Below are positions 27,733 through 38,858 of a stretch of DNA of 64,000 nucleotides, piece by piece. Every line of letters begins with the position of its first letter. Within the stretch, counting starts at the first letter, position 1. The position numbers and the translations under genes are program-made. A model generated the notes under the pieces. The model searched no databases. It worked only from the letters and a program-made list of their open reading frames with translations, and had not been told where the DNA came from. Source of the DNA: Gemmatimonadota bacterium (GTDB taxonomy: Bacteria > Gemmatimonadota > Gemmatimonadetes > Longimicrobiales > Gaopeijiaceae); NCBI GenBank assembly GCA_034521595.1, contig JAXHMG010000003.1:704001-768000 (forward strand), given 5' to 3'.

Positions 27733-28896
27733 TCATCCGAGAACCCGCTCGAGGTCCTCCAGGACGTCGTCGATATCCTCGATTCCCACTGAAAGGCGCA
27801 CGAGCCCGGGCGTCAGCCCCATCTCCGCGCGACGCTCCTCGGGGACCGACGCGTGGGTCATGAGCGCCGGCACGCTGATCAACGATTCCACTCCGCCCAG
27901 GCTTTCAGCGAGGGAGAATACCCGTAGGTGCTCCGTAAGGGCCCGCGCCCTCTCCAGGGTGCCCACGTCCACCGACACCATGCCGGTGAAGCCGCGCATC
28001 TGTCGCTTCGCCAAGTCGTGCTGGGGGTGGGACTCCAGGCCGGGATAGAGCACCCGATCCACGGCGGCGTGTGCTTCCAGGTAACGTGCGACGGCCATGC
28101 CGTTCTCGTTGTGCTGGCGCATCCGCACGTGAAGGGTCTTGGCGCCGCGGAGGGTGAGCCAGCAGTCCATGGGGCCCGGCACGGCGCCCGTCGCCTTGCG
28201 GATGAAGAACAGCTCTTCGGCGAGCGCCTCGTCCCGGACGGCCACGAGTCCACCGATGACGTCCGAGTGACCGTTCACGTATTTCGTGGCGGAGTGCACC
28301 GAAAAGTCGGCCCCCAGCTCCAACGGCCGCTGGTTGTAGGGGGACGCGAACGTGTTGTCCACGGAGAGGAGCGCTCCCGCGTCGTGGGCGACGTCGGCCA
28401 GAGCGCGGATGTCGCTCACGCGCATCATGGGGTTCGTCGGAGTCTCCACGTGCACCAGCTTGGTTTCGGGACGAATCGCTTCGGTGACGGCGTTCACGTC
28501 TCGCGAATCCACGTATGTGAATTCGATCCCGAGGCGGCTGAGGACGTGATTGAACATGCGGGTCGTGCCCCCGTACGTGTTCTCCTCGCTCACCACGTGA
28601 TCGCCGGCCGAAAGGCGCTTCAACACCGCCTCGATCGCGGCGAGTCCGGAGGCGAACGCGATCCCCCGGCTTCCCCCTTCGAGCGAGGCGATGTTCGCCT
28701 CGAGTGCTTCCCGGGTAGGGTTGGCCGTCCTCCCGTAGTCGTACGACCCTTCGCGCGGCTGCCCGACGGCGGGCTGCACGTACGTCGAGGTCTGGAAGAT
28801 CGGAGCCATGATGGCGCCGGTGACGGGCTCGGGCCGGGCGCCCGCGTGGATGGCCAAGGTGTCGAAGCGGAAGCCGGCGAGCGGCGGATCGCCCAT
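27733..28896 (-). CDS. Cystathionine gamma-synthase/gamma-lyase family PLP enzyme
   Basis: PIFQTSTY, YGRTANPTR, ETPTNP, DNTFASP, HSATKYVNGHSD, LAESLGGVESL, MTHASVP. Confidence 0.93.
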   Translation of the reverse strand: MGDPPLAGFRFDTLAIHAGARPEPVTGAIMAPIFQTSTYVQPAVGQPREGSYDYGRTANPTREALEANIASLEGGSRGIAFASGLAAIEAVLKRLSAGDHVVSEENTYGGTTRMFNHVLSRLGIEFTYVDSRDVNAVTEAIRPETKLVHVETPTNPMMRVSDIRALADVAHDAGALLSVDNTFASPYNQRPLELGADFSVHSATKYVNGHSDVIGGLVAVRDEALAEELFFIRKATGAVPGPMDCWLTLRGAKTLHVRMRQHNENGMAVARYLEAHAAVDRVLYPGLESHPQHDLAKRQMRGFTGMVSVDVGTLERARALTEHLRVFSLAESLGGVESLISVPALMTHASVPEERRAEMGLTPGLVRLSVGIEDIDDVLEDLERVLG

Positions 28897-29088
28897 GTCG
28901 AGAATCCTGATGCGGGAGTGATGTGTGTGCGACGATGGTCGAATCTAGTGTCGCATGGCCGACCTCGCATGGCATCTGCGCAGTCCGAAGTCCCTGTACC
29001 CGCTGGCGCTACATTGACGCTGTGCCGGGCCGAGCGCGAAGTTCGGTCGATGGTCCGGATCCCCCGGGCCGCTCGCAGCGTTCCCGGG

Positions 29089-30483
29089 ATGCCCGTTTTG
29101 CCGATCGAACTTCCATCCGACCTCATGGTGAGCGTGTCCGGCGTCCGTGGCCGTGTGGGGGCTCCCCTCACGCCCGACCTGATGGCCGGAATCGCCGCCG
29201 CGTTCGGGGGCTACATGACCCATGGAAGCCCCGGAGCCCCGATCTTCGTGGGCCGGGATTCGAGGACGTCGGGTCCGATGTTCACTCGTGCGGTAGTGGC
29301 CGGCTTGCAGTCAGCCGGCTGTGCGGTGGTGGACCTCGGGGTGGTGCCGACGCCTACCCTTCTGCTCGCCGTGGAGGAACGGGGTGGGGCCGGAGGGCTC
29401 GGGATCACGGCCAGTCACAATCCCGCGGAGTGGAATGCGCTCAAGCTGGTTTCTGATGAGGGCATCTTTCTGGACGCCGATCGCTCCGAGGACTTCCTCG
29501 CGTATTTGCGAGGGACGGACCCGCCCCGCGCCACGTGGGACCGGCTCGGCGACGTGACCGAGGATCGGGACGCGTGGGCGCGGCACCTGCAACGAATTCT
29601 CGAAGTCGCCGTTCTGGACGTGGACCGCATCCGGAAGGGGCACTTCCGGGTGGCGGTGGACTGCGTGCACGGTGCCGGCGGCCCCCCTATGCGGGCCCTC
29701 CTGGAGGCCCTCGGCTGCGAGGTCGTCGGTCTCGGAATGGAGCCGGACGGGCGCTTCCCGAGGGATCCCGAGCCCACGGCCGAGAATCTGAGCGAGCTCG
29801 GTGCGCTCGTGCGGGATTCGGGAGCCGCGATCGGGTTGGGCATCGACCCGGACGTCGATCGCCTCTCACTCGTGGACGAGACGGGCACGCCCATGGGCGA
29901 GGACCTCACCCTGGCGTTGGCTTCCGCGGCGGTGCTGTCACGCACGCCCGGGCCCGTCGTGACGAACTTTTCCACCAGCCAGGTGGTGGAGGACGTGGCC
30001 CGCTCGTTCGACGTGCCCGTCGTGCGAGCCCCGGTGGGTGAGGTGAACGTTGCCCGCCGGATGCAGGCCGAAGGCGCGGTCGTGGGGGGCGAAGGGAACG
30101 GGGGCGTCATCCTCTCGGCGCTCCACCATACCCGGGATGCTCCCCTTGCGGCTGCTCTCGTGCTCCAGCACTTGGCGGACGAGGAGGCGTCGGCGTCCGA
30201 TCTCGCCGCGCGCTGGCCGACGTATACGATCGTGAAGGAAAAGGTGTCGTTCCCGCGGGATTCGCTGGGCGCCGCGTACCGAGTTCTGGAGGAGGATCTG
30301 GAGGCCGACACGCGGGACGACGCGGATGGCCTCCGACTTGCATGGCCGGGGCGTAGCGCATGGCTGCATGTTCGACCCTCGGGCACCGAGCCCGTCGTGC
30401 GCCTCATCGCCGAAGCCTCGGATCCGTCAGGCGCGCGTGCTCTCGTGCGCCGCGCGTCGGAGCTGCTGGCCGGTGTGCGCTGA
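29089..30483 (+). CDS. glmM: Phosphoglucosamine mutase/phosphohexomutase
   Basis: SVSGVRG, TASHNP, DPDVDR, GGEGNGG, RPSGTEP; immediately upstream of glmS; start approximate. Confidence 0.85.
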   Translation: MPVLPIELPSDLMVSVSGVRGRVGAPLTPDLMAGIAAAFGGYMTHGSPGAPIFVGRDSRTSGPMFTRAVVAGLQSAGCAVVDLGVVPTPTLLLAVEERGGAGGLGITASHNPAEWNALKLVSDEGIFLDADRSEDFLAYLRGTDPPRATWDRLGDVTEDRDAWARHLQRILEVAVLDVDRIRKGHFRVAVDCVHGAGGPPMRALLEALGCEVVGLGMEPDGRFPRDPEPTAENLSELGALVRDSGAAIGLGIDPDVDRLSLVDETGTPMGEDLTLALASAAVLSRTPGPVVTNFSTSQVVEDVARSFDVPVVRAPVGEVNVARRMQAEGAVVGGEGNGGVILSALHHTRDAPLAAALVLQHLADEEASASDLAARWPTYTIVKEKVSFPRDSLGAAYRVLEEDLEADTRDDADGLRLAWPGRSAWLHVRPSGTEPVVRLIAEASDPSGARALVRRASELLAGVR

Positions 30484-30519
30484 CTGAATCGAGAGCGACC
30501 TGCTTAGGAGTCAACCATT

Positions 30520-32358
30520 ATGTGTGGTATCGTCGGTTACGTGGGTTCCAAGGACGCTACGGACATTCTCGTGCAGGGGCTGAAGCGGCTGGAATACCGG
30601 GGGTACGATTCGTCCGGTGTAGCGCTTCTCAACGGCACGGACTCGGTGCACATCACGAAGAGGCCGGGGAAGATTCGGACGCTCGAAGACGCACTGCGAT
30701 CTGCACCGGTTCTTGCGACATGCGGGATCGCGCATACCCGGTGGGCCACCCACGGCGCGCCCAACGAGCCCAACGCCCACCCTCATGTGTCCAACGACGG
30801 TCGTATCGCGCTGGTGCACAACGGCATCATCGAGAATGCCGACGTGCTCAAGACACACCTGATGCAGGAAGGCTACACGTTCACCTCGGATACGGATACG
30901 GAGGTGGTGGTCCACCTCATCGACCATCTGTGGGTGGACGGGATGCCTCTCGAAGACGCGGTCGCCGCGGCGCTCCGCGAGATCGACGGCGCTTACGGCA
31001 TCGCGGTCATTTCCTCCCGGGACCCCGAGAAGATCGTGGTCGCGCGGAACGGAAGCCCTCTCCTCATCGGTGTGGGACGGAACGGCGAGATGCTCGCGGG
31101 CTCGGACGCGGCGGCCGTGGTGGCCCACACGCGCGACGTCGTCTACTTGGACGACGGCGACTACGCGGTCCTGGAACCCAATGGGTACCGGACCTACCGG
31201 CTCGAGGGCACCGAAGTCACACGTCACGTGCACGAGGTGACCTGGGATCTGGACGCGATCGAGAAGGGCGGCTACGAGCACTTCATGCTCAAGGAGATCT
31301 GCGAGCAGCCGTCGAGCCTCCGCGACGTCATGCGGGGCCGGCTTCTCGAGGACGAGGGCGATGCCCGGCTCGGCGGGATCGCCCAGCACCAGTTCCAACT
31401 CGGACAGGTCCGCCGGATGGTGATCACCGCCTGTGGCACGAGCTGGCACGCGGGTCTGGTCGGCGAGTACATGCTGGAGGACTTCGCGCGGATACCCGTC
31501 ACGGTCGAGTACGCGTCCGAGTTTCGTTACCGGAACCCGGTGCTCGAAGAGGGCACCCTCGCGCTCGCGATCAGCCAGTCCGGTGAGACCGCCGATACGT
31601 TGGCGGCGCTCAAGGAGGCAGCGCACCGTGGGATCACCACCATGGGCATCGTGAACGCGGTCGGTTCGACCATCGCGCGCGATACCGATTTCGGCATGTA
31701 CCTCCACGCCGGCCCGGAGATCGGTGTGGCTTCGACCAAGGCGTTCACCAGCCAGATCGTGGCGCTCGCGCTCTTCACGCTGTACATGGGGCGCCGTCGT
31801 CACCTCTCCGTCCTGCAGGGCCGCGAGATGGTGGAGGCTCTCCAGGCGCTCCCCGGGCAGGTCGAGGAGGTGCTCGAGCTGAATGACGAGATCCGCGAGC
31901 TCGCCGAGGCGTACCAGACGGCCCGCAACTTCCTGTATCTGGGACGGGGTTATCAGTTCCCCGTCGCGCTCGAGGGAGCCTTGAAGCTGAAGGAAGTGAG
32001 CTATATCCACGCCGAAGGGTATCCCGCGGCGGAGATGAAGCATGGGCCGATCGCACTGATCGACGAGGACATGCCGGTCGTTGCGCTCGCTCCTCGTGAT
32101 CCCGTGTATCACAAGGTCGTGTCCAACATCGAGGAGGTGAAAGCACGCCAGGGCCGGATTATCGCCGTCGTGAGCGACGATGCGCCGGAGCTCGAGGGCA
32201 AGGTGGACCACATGATCCGGGTGCCGCAGACGATTCCGAGCCTGCTCCCCGTGCTGACGACCATCCCGCTCCAGCTGTTGGCCTACCATATGGCCGTGCT
32301 GAAGGGCGCCGACGTCGACCAGCCCCGAAATCTGGCCAAGTCCGTCACGGTCGAGTGA
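30520..32358 (+). CDS. glmS: Glutamine--fructose-6-phosphate transaminase
   Basis: [34 protein letters not shown]-terminal [11 protein letters not shown]. Confidence 0.98.
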   Translation: MCGIVGYVGSKDATDILVQGLKRLEYRGYDSSGVALLNGTDSVHITKRPGKIRTLEDALRSAPVLATCGIAHTRWATHGAPNEPNAHPHVSNDGRIALVHNGIIENADVLKTHLMQEGYTFTSDTDTEVVVHLIDHLWVDGMPLEDAVAAALREIDGAYGIAVISSRDPEKIVVARNGSPLLIGVGRNGEMLAGSDAAAVVAHTRDVVYLDDGDYAVLEPNGYRTYRLEGTEVTRHVHEVTWDLDAIEKGGYEHFMLKEICEQPSSLRDVMRGRLLEDEGDARLGGIAQHQFQLGQVRRMVITACGTSWHAGLVGEYMLEDFARIPVTVEYASEFRYRNPVLEEGTLALAISQSGETADTLAALKEAAHRGITTMGIVNAVGSTIARDTDFGMYLHAGPEIGVASTKAFTSQIVALALFTLYMGRRRHLSVLQGREMVEALQALPGQVEEVLELNDEIRELAEAYQTARNFLYLGRGYQFPVALEGALKLKEVSYIHAEGYPAAEMKHGPIALIDEDMPVVALAPRDPVYHKVVSNIEEVKARQGRIIAVVSDDAPELEGKVDHMIRVPQTIPSLLPVLTTIPLQLLAYHMAVLKGADVDQPRNLAKSVTVE

Positions 32359-32792
32359 GGGTTCTGCTCCAACGGGTGTCCCACGCCGAGGTGCGGGTCG
32401 ACGGGGAGGCCGCGGGTGCCATCGGACGCGGTCTCCTTCTCCTGGTGGGATTCACCGACGGGGACGGCGAGGACGAGTTGGTGTGGATGGCCGACAAGGT
32501 CGTCGGGCTCAGGGTCTTCCCCGACGACGAAGGGCGAATGAACCGCTCCGTGGCGGACATCGGAGGGGGGCTCCTGATCGTGAGCCAGTTCACGCTGTAC
32601 GGTGATACACGGAAGGGTCGGCGGCCGAGCTTCGTGCACGCCGCGGACCCCGACCGGGCCGTGCCGCTGTACGAGCGCTTTGTCGCGCTCCTGAAGGAGC
32701 GTGCGTCCAAGGTCGAGACCGGGGAATTCGGAGCGATGATGGATGTCGAGCTCGTGAACGAGGGACCGGTCACGCTGATGCTCGAGCGATGA
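32355..32792 (+). CDS. dtd: D-aminoacyl-tRNA deacylase
   Basis: [39 protein letters not shown]. Confidence 0.96.
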   Translation: MRVLLQRVSHAEVRVDGEAAGAIGRGLLLLVGFTDGDGEDELVWMADKVVGLRVFPDDEGRMNRSVADIGGGLLIVSQFTLYGDTRKGRRPSFVHAADPDRAVPLYERFVALLKERASKVETGEFGAMMDVELVNEGPVTLMLER

Positions 32793-33397
32793 CGGCGCCT
32801 CGCCTCGTGCTCGCCTCGGCGTCCCCGCGCCGCTTGGACATCCTCCGCCAGCTGGGTCTGGATCCGGAAGTGCGCCCGGCCGACGTCGATGAAAGCATGG
32901 CTCCGGCGGAGGCTCCCAGCACCCACGTGCGCCGGCTCGCGCGAGAAAAGGCCGAGCGGATAGGCAGGGAGGCACCCGAAGCCCTCGTCCTCGCGGGCGA
33001 TACCGTGGTGGTGCGGGACGGAACCGTGCTCGGCAAGCCGACGACGCCGGAGGAAGCCACGGCCATGCTCGAGTCCTTGGCCGGCCGCACCCACGAGGTT
33101 CTGAGCGGCCTCGCCATTACCGGTCCGGCCGGCACGGTGGACGCGGTTACACGGACGACGGTGCGGTTCCGTGGCTTCGACCCGGAGCTGGCCATGCGGT
33201 ACGTGGGCACCGGCGAGCCGATGGACAAGGCGGGGGCTTACGGCATTCAAGGATTCGGGGCCGCCCTGGTCGAAGAGGTGTCGGGTGACTACTACTCGAT
33301 CGTGGGGTTGCCCGTCCCGGCGCTGATCCGCCTCCTGGAACGGTGCGGATGGCGCTACGCGTTCGGGACACTCGAACGGATCGATCCGGTGGGTTGA
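32789..33397 (+). CDS. maf: Maf-like nucleoside triphosphate pyrophosphatase
   Basis: [30 protein letters not shown]. Confidence 0.95.
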   Translation: MTAPRLVLASASPRRLDILRQLGLDPEVRPADVDESMAPAEAPSTHVRRLAREKAERIGREAPEALVLAGDTVVVRDGTVLGKPTTPEEATAMLESLAGRTHEVLSGLAITGPAGTVDAVTRTTVRFRGFDPELAMRYVGTGEPMDKAGAYGIQGFGAALVEEVSGDYYSIVGLPVPALIRLLERCGWRYAFGTLERIDPVG

Positions 33398-33449
33398 TCC
33401 GCGTCCATCCGCACGTTCAGCATGTTCCCACCGAACCCGGGAAGCGCAC

Positions 33450-34949
33450 ATGAGCACGTCCGCCATTCTCGCCATCGATCAGGGGACCACCGGCACCACG
33501 TGCATGGTGGTCGGACAGGAAGGCAACGTGCTGGCGCGGGCCTATTCGGAGTTCAGGCAGCACTTTCCGAAGTCCGGCTGGGTCGAGCACGACGCCTCGG
33601 AGATCTGGGAGGTGACCCGCACGGTCGCACGGGAGGCGCTGGCCGAAGGCCGCGAGGCGGATGTGCGGGGGATCGGCATCACCAATCAGCGTGAAACCGT
33701 GGTCGTGTGGGACCGCGAGACTCTCGAGCCGGTCCACAACGCGATCGTGTGGCAGGACCGACGGACCACGCCGATCTGTCGGGAGCTCGAGCGGGGCGGG
33801 CATGCGGCCGAGCTCCGGGAGCGGACCGGCCTGATCATCGATCCCTACTTCTCGGGCACGAAGGTGACGTGGCTGTTGCGGGAGCGCCCGGAGCTCAGGG
33901 TGCGTGCCGAAGCCGGTGAGCTCGCGCTCGGGACGGTCGACGCCTGGCTCATCGCACGGCTCACCGGGGGGCGCGTGCACGCCACGGACCCGACCAACGC
34001 CTCCCGCACGATGCTCTACGACCTGCGTGAGCACCGGTGGGATCCCTGGGCTCTCGACCTGCTGGAGGTGCCATCGGCCATGCTCCCCGAGGTCCGGGCG
34101 AGCGCCGGGAAGTTCGGGGTGGCCGGTGGCGATCACCTCGGGATCGAGGCCCCGATCGCCGGTGTGGCCGGCGATCAACAGGCGGCGCTCTTCGGGCAGG
34201 GGTGCTGGGAACCCGGAGCGGCCAAGAATACCTACGGGACCGGGTCGTTCCTCCTGCAACACACCGGGCAGGAGCGGGTCGTTTCCCGCCACGGCTTGCT
34301 CACCACCGTCGCGTGTGATGCCGAGGGCAAGTCCGCGTATGCCCTCGAGGGATCGATCTTCATCGCCGGCGCGGCGATTCAATGGATCCGGGACGGCCTC
34401 GGATTGCTCGCGGAGGCCGCCGAGTCGGAGGAGCTCGCGCGTTCGGTGTCCGACAACGGAGACGTGTACTTCGTGCCGGCGTTCGTGGGAATCGGAGCCC
34501 CCCACTGGGAGCCCGACGCGCGCGGCATGATCGTGGGCCTCTCGCGGGGAGCGACACGGGCGCACCTGGTGCGGGCCGCCCTGGAGGCGATGACGTACGG
34601 GACGGCCGAGGTTTTGGAGGCGATGGAAGCCGATTCGGGTGTCGTCGCTCCCGAGTTGCGGGTCGATGGAGGTGCCGCGACCAACGACTGGATGATGGAG
34701 TACCAGGCGGGGATCCTCGACCGGCCGGTGCGTCGCCCCGCCATGCCCGAAACCACGGCCCTGGGCGCGGCGGGCTTGGCGGGCATCGCTACCGGAGTGT
34801 GGTCGGACGCCGCCGAGTTTCTGGAGGCGCAAGCCGAACCCGATCGGTTCGAGCCCCGGCTCGCACCCGCGCAGCGACGCCACGCCATGGCACAGTGGCG
34901 TCGAGCCGTGCGGGCGGCGGTTCGCTGGGCCAACGACGTCCCGTCATGA
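33450..34949 (+). CDS. glpK: Glycerol kinase
   Basis: AIDQGTTGT, GITNQRET, WQDRRT, PYFSGTK, GDQQAALFGQ, KNTYGTG. Confidence 0.97.
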   Translation: MSTSAILAIDQGTTGTTCMVVGQEGNVLARAYSEFRQHFPKSGWVEHDASEIWEVTRTVAREALAEGREADVRGIGITNQRETVVVWDRETLEPVHNAIVWQDRRTTPICRELERGGHAAELRERTGLIIDPYFSGTKVTWLLRERPELRVRAEAGELALGTVDAWLIARLTGGRVHATDPTNASRTMLYDLREHRWDPWALDLLEVPSAMLPEVRASAGKFGVAGGDHLGIEAPIAGVAGDQQAALFGQGCWEPGAAKNTYGTGSFLLQHTGQERVVSRHGLLTTVACDAEGKSAYALEGSIFIAGAAIQWIRDGLGLLAEAAESEELARSVSDNGDVYFVPAFVGIGAPHWEPDARGMIVGLSRGATRAHLVRAALEAMTYGTAEVLEAMEADSGVVAPELRVDGGAATNDWMMEYQAGILDRPVRRPAMPETTALGAAGLAGIATGVWSDAAEFLEAQAEPDRFEPRLAPAQRRHAMAQWRRAVRAAVRWANDVPS

Positions 34950-35112
34950 GGCTCGGCACGGATCGACCGGAGGTCTCGGGGTTATCAATACACGAGGTGA
35001 GTTCGAGCCGTCAGGGGCCGGCCGTAGGGGATTTCCCGGACTGGTTCCTCGGAACGATGAGTCGCTAGATTTCACCCACGTTCGAGTTCGACCCTTCGGG
35101 GAGGAAGCAGAT

Positions 35113-35532
35113 ATGAAGCACGGTCGTTTCATGGTGGGCCTGGTCGGTGTCGCCGCCGTCGTGACGTACCTGGTCTGGACGGGGGTGAGTAGCACGATGG
35201 TCTACTACTTGACCCCGGTCGAGCTCGCCGAGCGCATCGAAGAGGATCCGAGCTTCCGCGAGCTGGGCGTGAAGATCAGCGGCAAGGTCGTGCCCGGTAC
35301 GTACGAACGGGTGGAAGGGGAATTGTTGCACCGGTTCACGATCCATGACCTCGAGGACGAGTCCGTGCGCTTTCCGGTGGAGTGGCGGGACGCCCTTCCC
35401 GACACCTTTTCGGAAGACGTGGAAGTCGTCGTCGAGGGCCGTCTCAACGAGGACGGCGTCTTCGAAGCCACCACGCTCCTGACGAAGTGCGGTAGCCGGT
35501 ACGAAGCGGCACCGGAGGATCTGGCAAGGTGA
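35113..35532 (+). CDS. ccmE: Heme chaperone CcmE, CxxxY variant
   Basis: N-terminal TM, YYLTPVE, LPDTFSEDVEVVVEG, LLTKCGSRY. Confidence 0.9.
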   Translation: MKHGRFMVGLVGVAAVVTYLVWTGVSSTMVYYLTPVELAERIEEDPSFRELGVKISGKVVPGTYERVEGELLHRFTIHDLEDESVRFPVEWRDALPDTFSEDVEVVVEGRLNEDGVFEATTLLTKCGSRYEAAPEDLAR

Positions 35533-37604
35533 CGGTCCTCGGCGAGTTCGCGCTGTGGATCTCCCTCCCGGTGGCGCTGTGGGGGATGTTCCTGGGCTTC
35601 GCCGGAGGACGGACACAGCGCGGTGACCTGGTCCTCAGCGCCGAGCGAAGCATCTATGCGGTGTTTCTGCTCCACGTCGTGGCGTCCATCGGCATCATCG
35701 CCGCCTTCGTAGGCGACAAGTTCCAGTACTGGTACGTCGCGAGCTATTCGAACCGGCAGCTCGAGCTCTTCTACAAGGTGACCGGCCTCTGGGCCGGACA
35801 GAGGGGCTCGCTCCTGTTCTGGGCCCTCTTGCTCGGGTTCTTCGCCTGCGTTGCGGTGTTCACCAACCGCAAGAAGAACCGTGAGTTCATGCCGTACGTC
35901 GCGGGCGTGCTGCAGACGATCCTCGCGTTCTTCATCGTCGTGCTGCTGTTCGCCAACGTGAATCCCTTCGAGCAGCTCGACTTTGTCCCCGCGAACGGCC
36001 AGGGGCTGAATCCGCAGCTCCAGAACTACTGGATGACGATCCACCCGCCCACCCTCTATCTTGGCTTCACGGCGTTCGCGATTCCGTTCGCTTTCGCGGT
36101 GTCGGCCTTGTTGAGCGGCCGGCTGGATGCTCGGTGGATCCAACTCACCCGAAGGTGGATCCTGACGAGTTGGCTGTTCCTGTCCGTGGGCATCGTCTTC
36201 GGTATGCGCTGGGCGTACGAGGAGCTCGGCTGGGGCGGTTATTGGTTCTGGGATCCGGTGGAGAACGCGTCGCTCCTTCCGTGGCTGACGGCCACCGCGT
36301 TCCTGCATTCGATCCAGATCCAGGAAAAGCGGGGCATGTTGAAGGTCTGGAACATGTCCCTCGTGCTCCTGACGTTTTTGCTCACCCTCTTCGCGACGTT
36401 CCTGACGCGGGCCGGGCTCATCGAGTCGGTGCATACCTTCGCCGAGAACCTGAGGATTGCTACCATCTTCCTCGGGGGGATGACGGCGGTGCTCGGGGCG
36501 TGCATCGTGCTCATCATCTACCGGCTGCCTCAACTTCGCAGTGACAATCAGATCGAGTCGTTCTTCTCACGAGAGTCGGCGTTCCTCTTCAACAACTTGA
36601 TGCTCGTGGGCGCGGCCTTCGCGGTCATGTGGGGAACCATGTTCCCTCTCATCAGCGAGGGGATTACCGGCCAGGAGATCAGCGTCGGACCGCCCTTCTT
36701 CGAGCGCGTCAACTTCCCGATCGGCCTTGCATTGCTGACTCTCGTGGGCATCGGGCCGGTCATCGCGTGGCGGCGGGCGACGAAGAAGAACCTGCAGCGA
36801 AACTTCATGACGCCCGTCATCGTGGGCTTGGTCGTCGCGGCCGGGTTGTGGCTCGCCGGGGCTCGACACGGTTTGGCGCTGGTCACGTGGAGCATCAGCG
36901 CGTTCGTCCTGACGATCATCGCGACGGAGTTCTGGAAGGGGACGAAGGCGAGGGCGCGCATCGAGGGCGAGGGTCTGCTGAACGCTTTCTTCCACCTCGT
37001 GACCCGGAATCGCCGCCGGTGGGGCGGCTACATCGTCCACGTCGGATTCGTGGTCATGGTCATGGGATTCGCCGGAGCCGGCTACAACGTCGATACTCGG
37101 CACCACGTCATGCCCGGGGACGTCGTCGAGGTCGATTCACCGCTGGGTCACACGTACGAGTTGACGTACGAGGGGCTCTCGGTTTCACGTGCCAATGGAC
37201 AGCGTAACCTCCTGTGGCAGATGATCGCCACCGTTTCGGTGCGGCGGGACGGCCAGGCGGCCGGGATCCTCAACACCGAGAAGCGTCAGTACGTGACGAG
37301 CGAGCAGATGATGACCGAGGTCGGCATCCGTTCCACGCCGATGGAAGATCTCTACCTGATCCTTTCCGCGGTCGACGACCCCCAGGCTGCGCTGAGCGCC
37401 GACTCCTCCGCGCAGGGAATCGACTTGCAGGTGCTCATCAAGCCGCTGGTGGGGTGGATCTGGTTCGGAACGCTGCTGCTCGTCATCGGGACGGTGATCG
37501 CGCTCTGGCCGAACGCGGCCCGGGGACGCCCGGCGGAGACGACCACGACCGGGTCGGCTCCACGGCCCGATCCGGCTCCGGAGCCGGTCGGCTCCACGGG
37601 CTGA
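35529..37604 (+). CDS. ccmF: Cytochrome c heme lyase CcmF
   Basis: GLNPQLQN, IHPPTLYLG, WAYEELGWGGYWFWDPVENASLLPW, SVHTF. Confidence 0.96.
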   Translation: MTVLGEFALWISLPVALWGMFLGFAGGRTQRGDLVLSAERSIYAVFLLHVVASIGIIAAFVGDKFQYWYVASYSNRQLELFYKVTGLWAGQRGSLLFWALLLGFFACVAVFTNRKKNREFMPYVAGVLQTILAFFIVVLLFANVNPFEQLDFVPANGQGLNPQLQNYWMTIHPPTLYLGFTAFAIPFAFAVSALLSGRLDARWIQLTRRWILTSWLFLSVGIVFGMRWAYEELGWGGYWFWDPVENASLLPWLTATAFLHSIQIQEKRGMLKVWNMSLVLLTFLLTLFATFLTRAGLIESVHTFAENLRIATIFLGGMTAVLGACIVLIIYRLPQLRSDNQIESFFSRESAFLFNNLMLVGAAFAVMWGTMFPLISEGITGQEISVGPPFFERVNFPIGLALLTLVGIGPVIAWRRATKKNLQRNFMTPVIVGLVVAAGLWLAGARHGLALVTWSISAFVLTIIATEFWKGTKARARIEGEGLLNAFFHLVTRNRRRWGGYIVHVGFVVMVMGFAGAGYNVDTRHHVMPGDVVEVDSPLGHTYELTYEGLSVSRANGQRNLLWQMIATVSVRRDGQAAGILNTEKRQYVTSEQMMTEVGIRSTPMEDLYLILSAVDDPQAALSADSSAQGIDLQVLIKPLVGWIWFGTLLLVIGTVIALWPNAARGRPAETTTTGSAPRPDPAPEPVGSTG

Positions 37605-37617
37605 CGCCGACCGTCCG

Positions 37618-38076
37618 GTGGGTTCCGTGACCTTGTTGATCGGAGTTGCGCTGGTGAGCGCGGCCGTGATCCTCTTCATCATCCAGCCGGTGGTGAAGGG
37701 GCTTCACGCTTCGCTCGAACGCGAGGACGACGAGCTGACCGACACGGAGGCCCGCAAGCGCGTCGCGCTTCTGGCCCTGCGTGACGTGGAGTACGACTAC
37801 CTTGCCGGGAAGCTCGACGAAGAGGATTACCGGTCCATGAAGAGCGAGCTCACCGCGGAGGCGTTGGCGGCCCTCGAAGAGGACGAGAAGGCACGTTCCG
37901 CGGGGACGGGGACCGCGACTGCTTCGTCGGCCGACGATCTGGAAGCCGAGATCGCCCGGATCCGTGAGCACATCAGGAGTGGGCTCGTGTGCGACGCGTG
38001 CGGCTACGAGAACGAGGAGGGGAGCCGGTTCTGCTCTTCGTGCGGCTCGGCGCTCGGCGGTCGGGCCGTCGGCTGA
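37618..38076 (+). CDS. CcmI-N-like membrane protein with C-terminal zinc ribbon
   Basis: TM + LRDVEYDYLAGKLDEEDY; CDACG...FCSSCG. Confidence 0.7.
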   Translation: MGSVTLLIGVALVSAAVILFIIQPVVKGLHASLEREDDELTDTEARKRVALLALRDVEYDYLAGKLDEEDYRSMKSELTAEALAALEEDEKARSAGTGTATASSADDLEAEIARIREHIRSGLVCDACGYENEEGSRFCSSCGSALGGRAVG

Positions 38077-38087
38077 GCGCTCGCTCC

Positions 38088-38858
38088 GTGGCGGAATCTC
38101 TTCGAACCTCGGACCCCGCTACCGTGGACCGGCCGAACGGCTCTCCGGCGCCGGTGTTGGAGGCGTCGGGGCTCGTCCGGGAATACGGTCCCGTCGTGGC
38201 CGTGGCAGGGATCGACGTCTCGCTCGTGCCGGGTGAGTTCCTCACCATCTTCGGTCCCAATGGAGCGGGGAAGTCGTCGTTGCTCGGGATGTTGGCGGGC
38301 GCGCTCCGTCCGACGGCGGGGACGGTCCGCATTCGGGGGGACGCGATCGATGCGGGGGGAACGGAGTGGCGTCGGCATGTCGGCGTGCTTTCGCATCGGG
38401 GCTTCCTCTACCACCAGCTTACCGTCCACGAGAACCTCCGCTTCTACGGCATGCTCTTCGGCGTCCCCGACCTCGACCACCGTATCGATGCACGGCTCCG
38501 GCAAGTGGGGTTGGACCGGCGCGCCGCCGTCCGGGTGCAAGCGCTCTCGCACGGCATGCGTCAGCGGCTTTCGCTCGCGCGTGCGTTGCTCCACGACCCG
38601 GCCCTGGTCTTGCTCGACGAGCCGTACACGGGCTTGGACCCCTCCGCCGCGGCCCTGCTACGCGACGTGCTGATGGAGCTGCGGGACGGACATCGCACGG
38701 TGGTCATGGTCACGCACAACCTGCGGGAAGGGCTCGAGCTGGCGACGCGTGTGGCGATCCAGGTCGGGGGGCGTTTCGCCTGGGAGGGATCGGTGGAGGG
38801 GTTGATCCGCTCGGACTTCGAACGTTTCTACCACGAGGTCGTGGAGGAGCGGTCGTGA
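38088..38858 (+). CDS. ccmA: Heme ABC exporter ATP-binding subunit CcmA
   Basis: GPNGAGKS, LSHGMRQRL, LLDEPYTGLD; ccm context; start approximate. Confidence 0.9.
   Translation: MAESLRTSDPATVDRPNGSPAPVLEASGLVREYGPVVAVAGIDVSLVPGEFLTIFGPNGAGKSSLLGMLAGALRPTAGTVRIRGDAIDAGGTEWRRHVGVLSHRGFLYHQLTVHENLRFYGMLFGVPDLDHRIDARLRQVGLDRRAAVRVQALSHGMRQRLSLARALLHDPALVLLDEPYTGLDPSAAALLRDVLMELRDGHRTVVMVTHNLREGLELATRVAIQVGGRFAWEGSVEGLIRSDFERFYHEVVEERS

Noticed and set aside
27928-29088. Apparent ~390-aa N-terminal extension of GlmM (851-aa ORF)
   Set aside because: The extension is antisense to the cystathionine gamma-synthase/lyase gene; mutase homology starts near 29089
28897-29088. SAM riboswitch upstream of the trans-sulfuration gene
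   Set aside because: No SAM-I core motifs recognisable on the minus strand
30484-30519. glmS ribozyme
   Set aside because: Only 36 bp separate glmM and glmS; no room or motif
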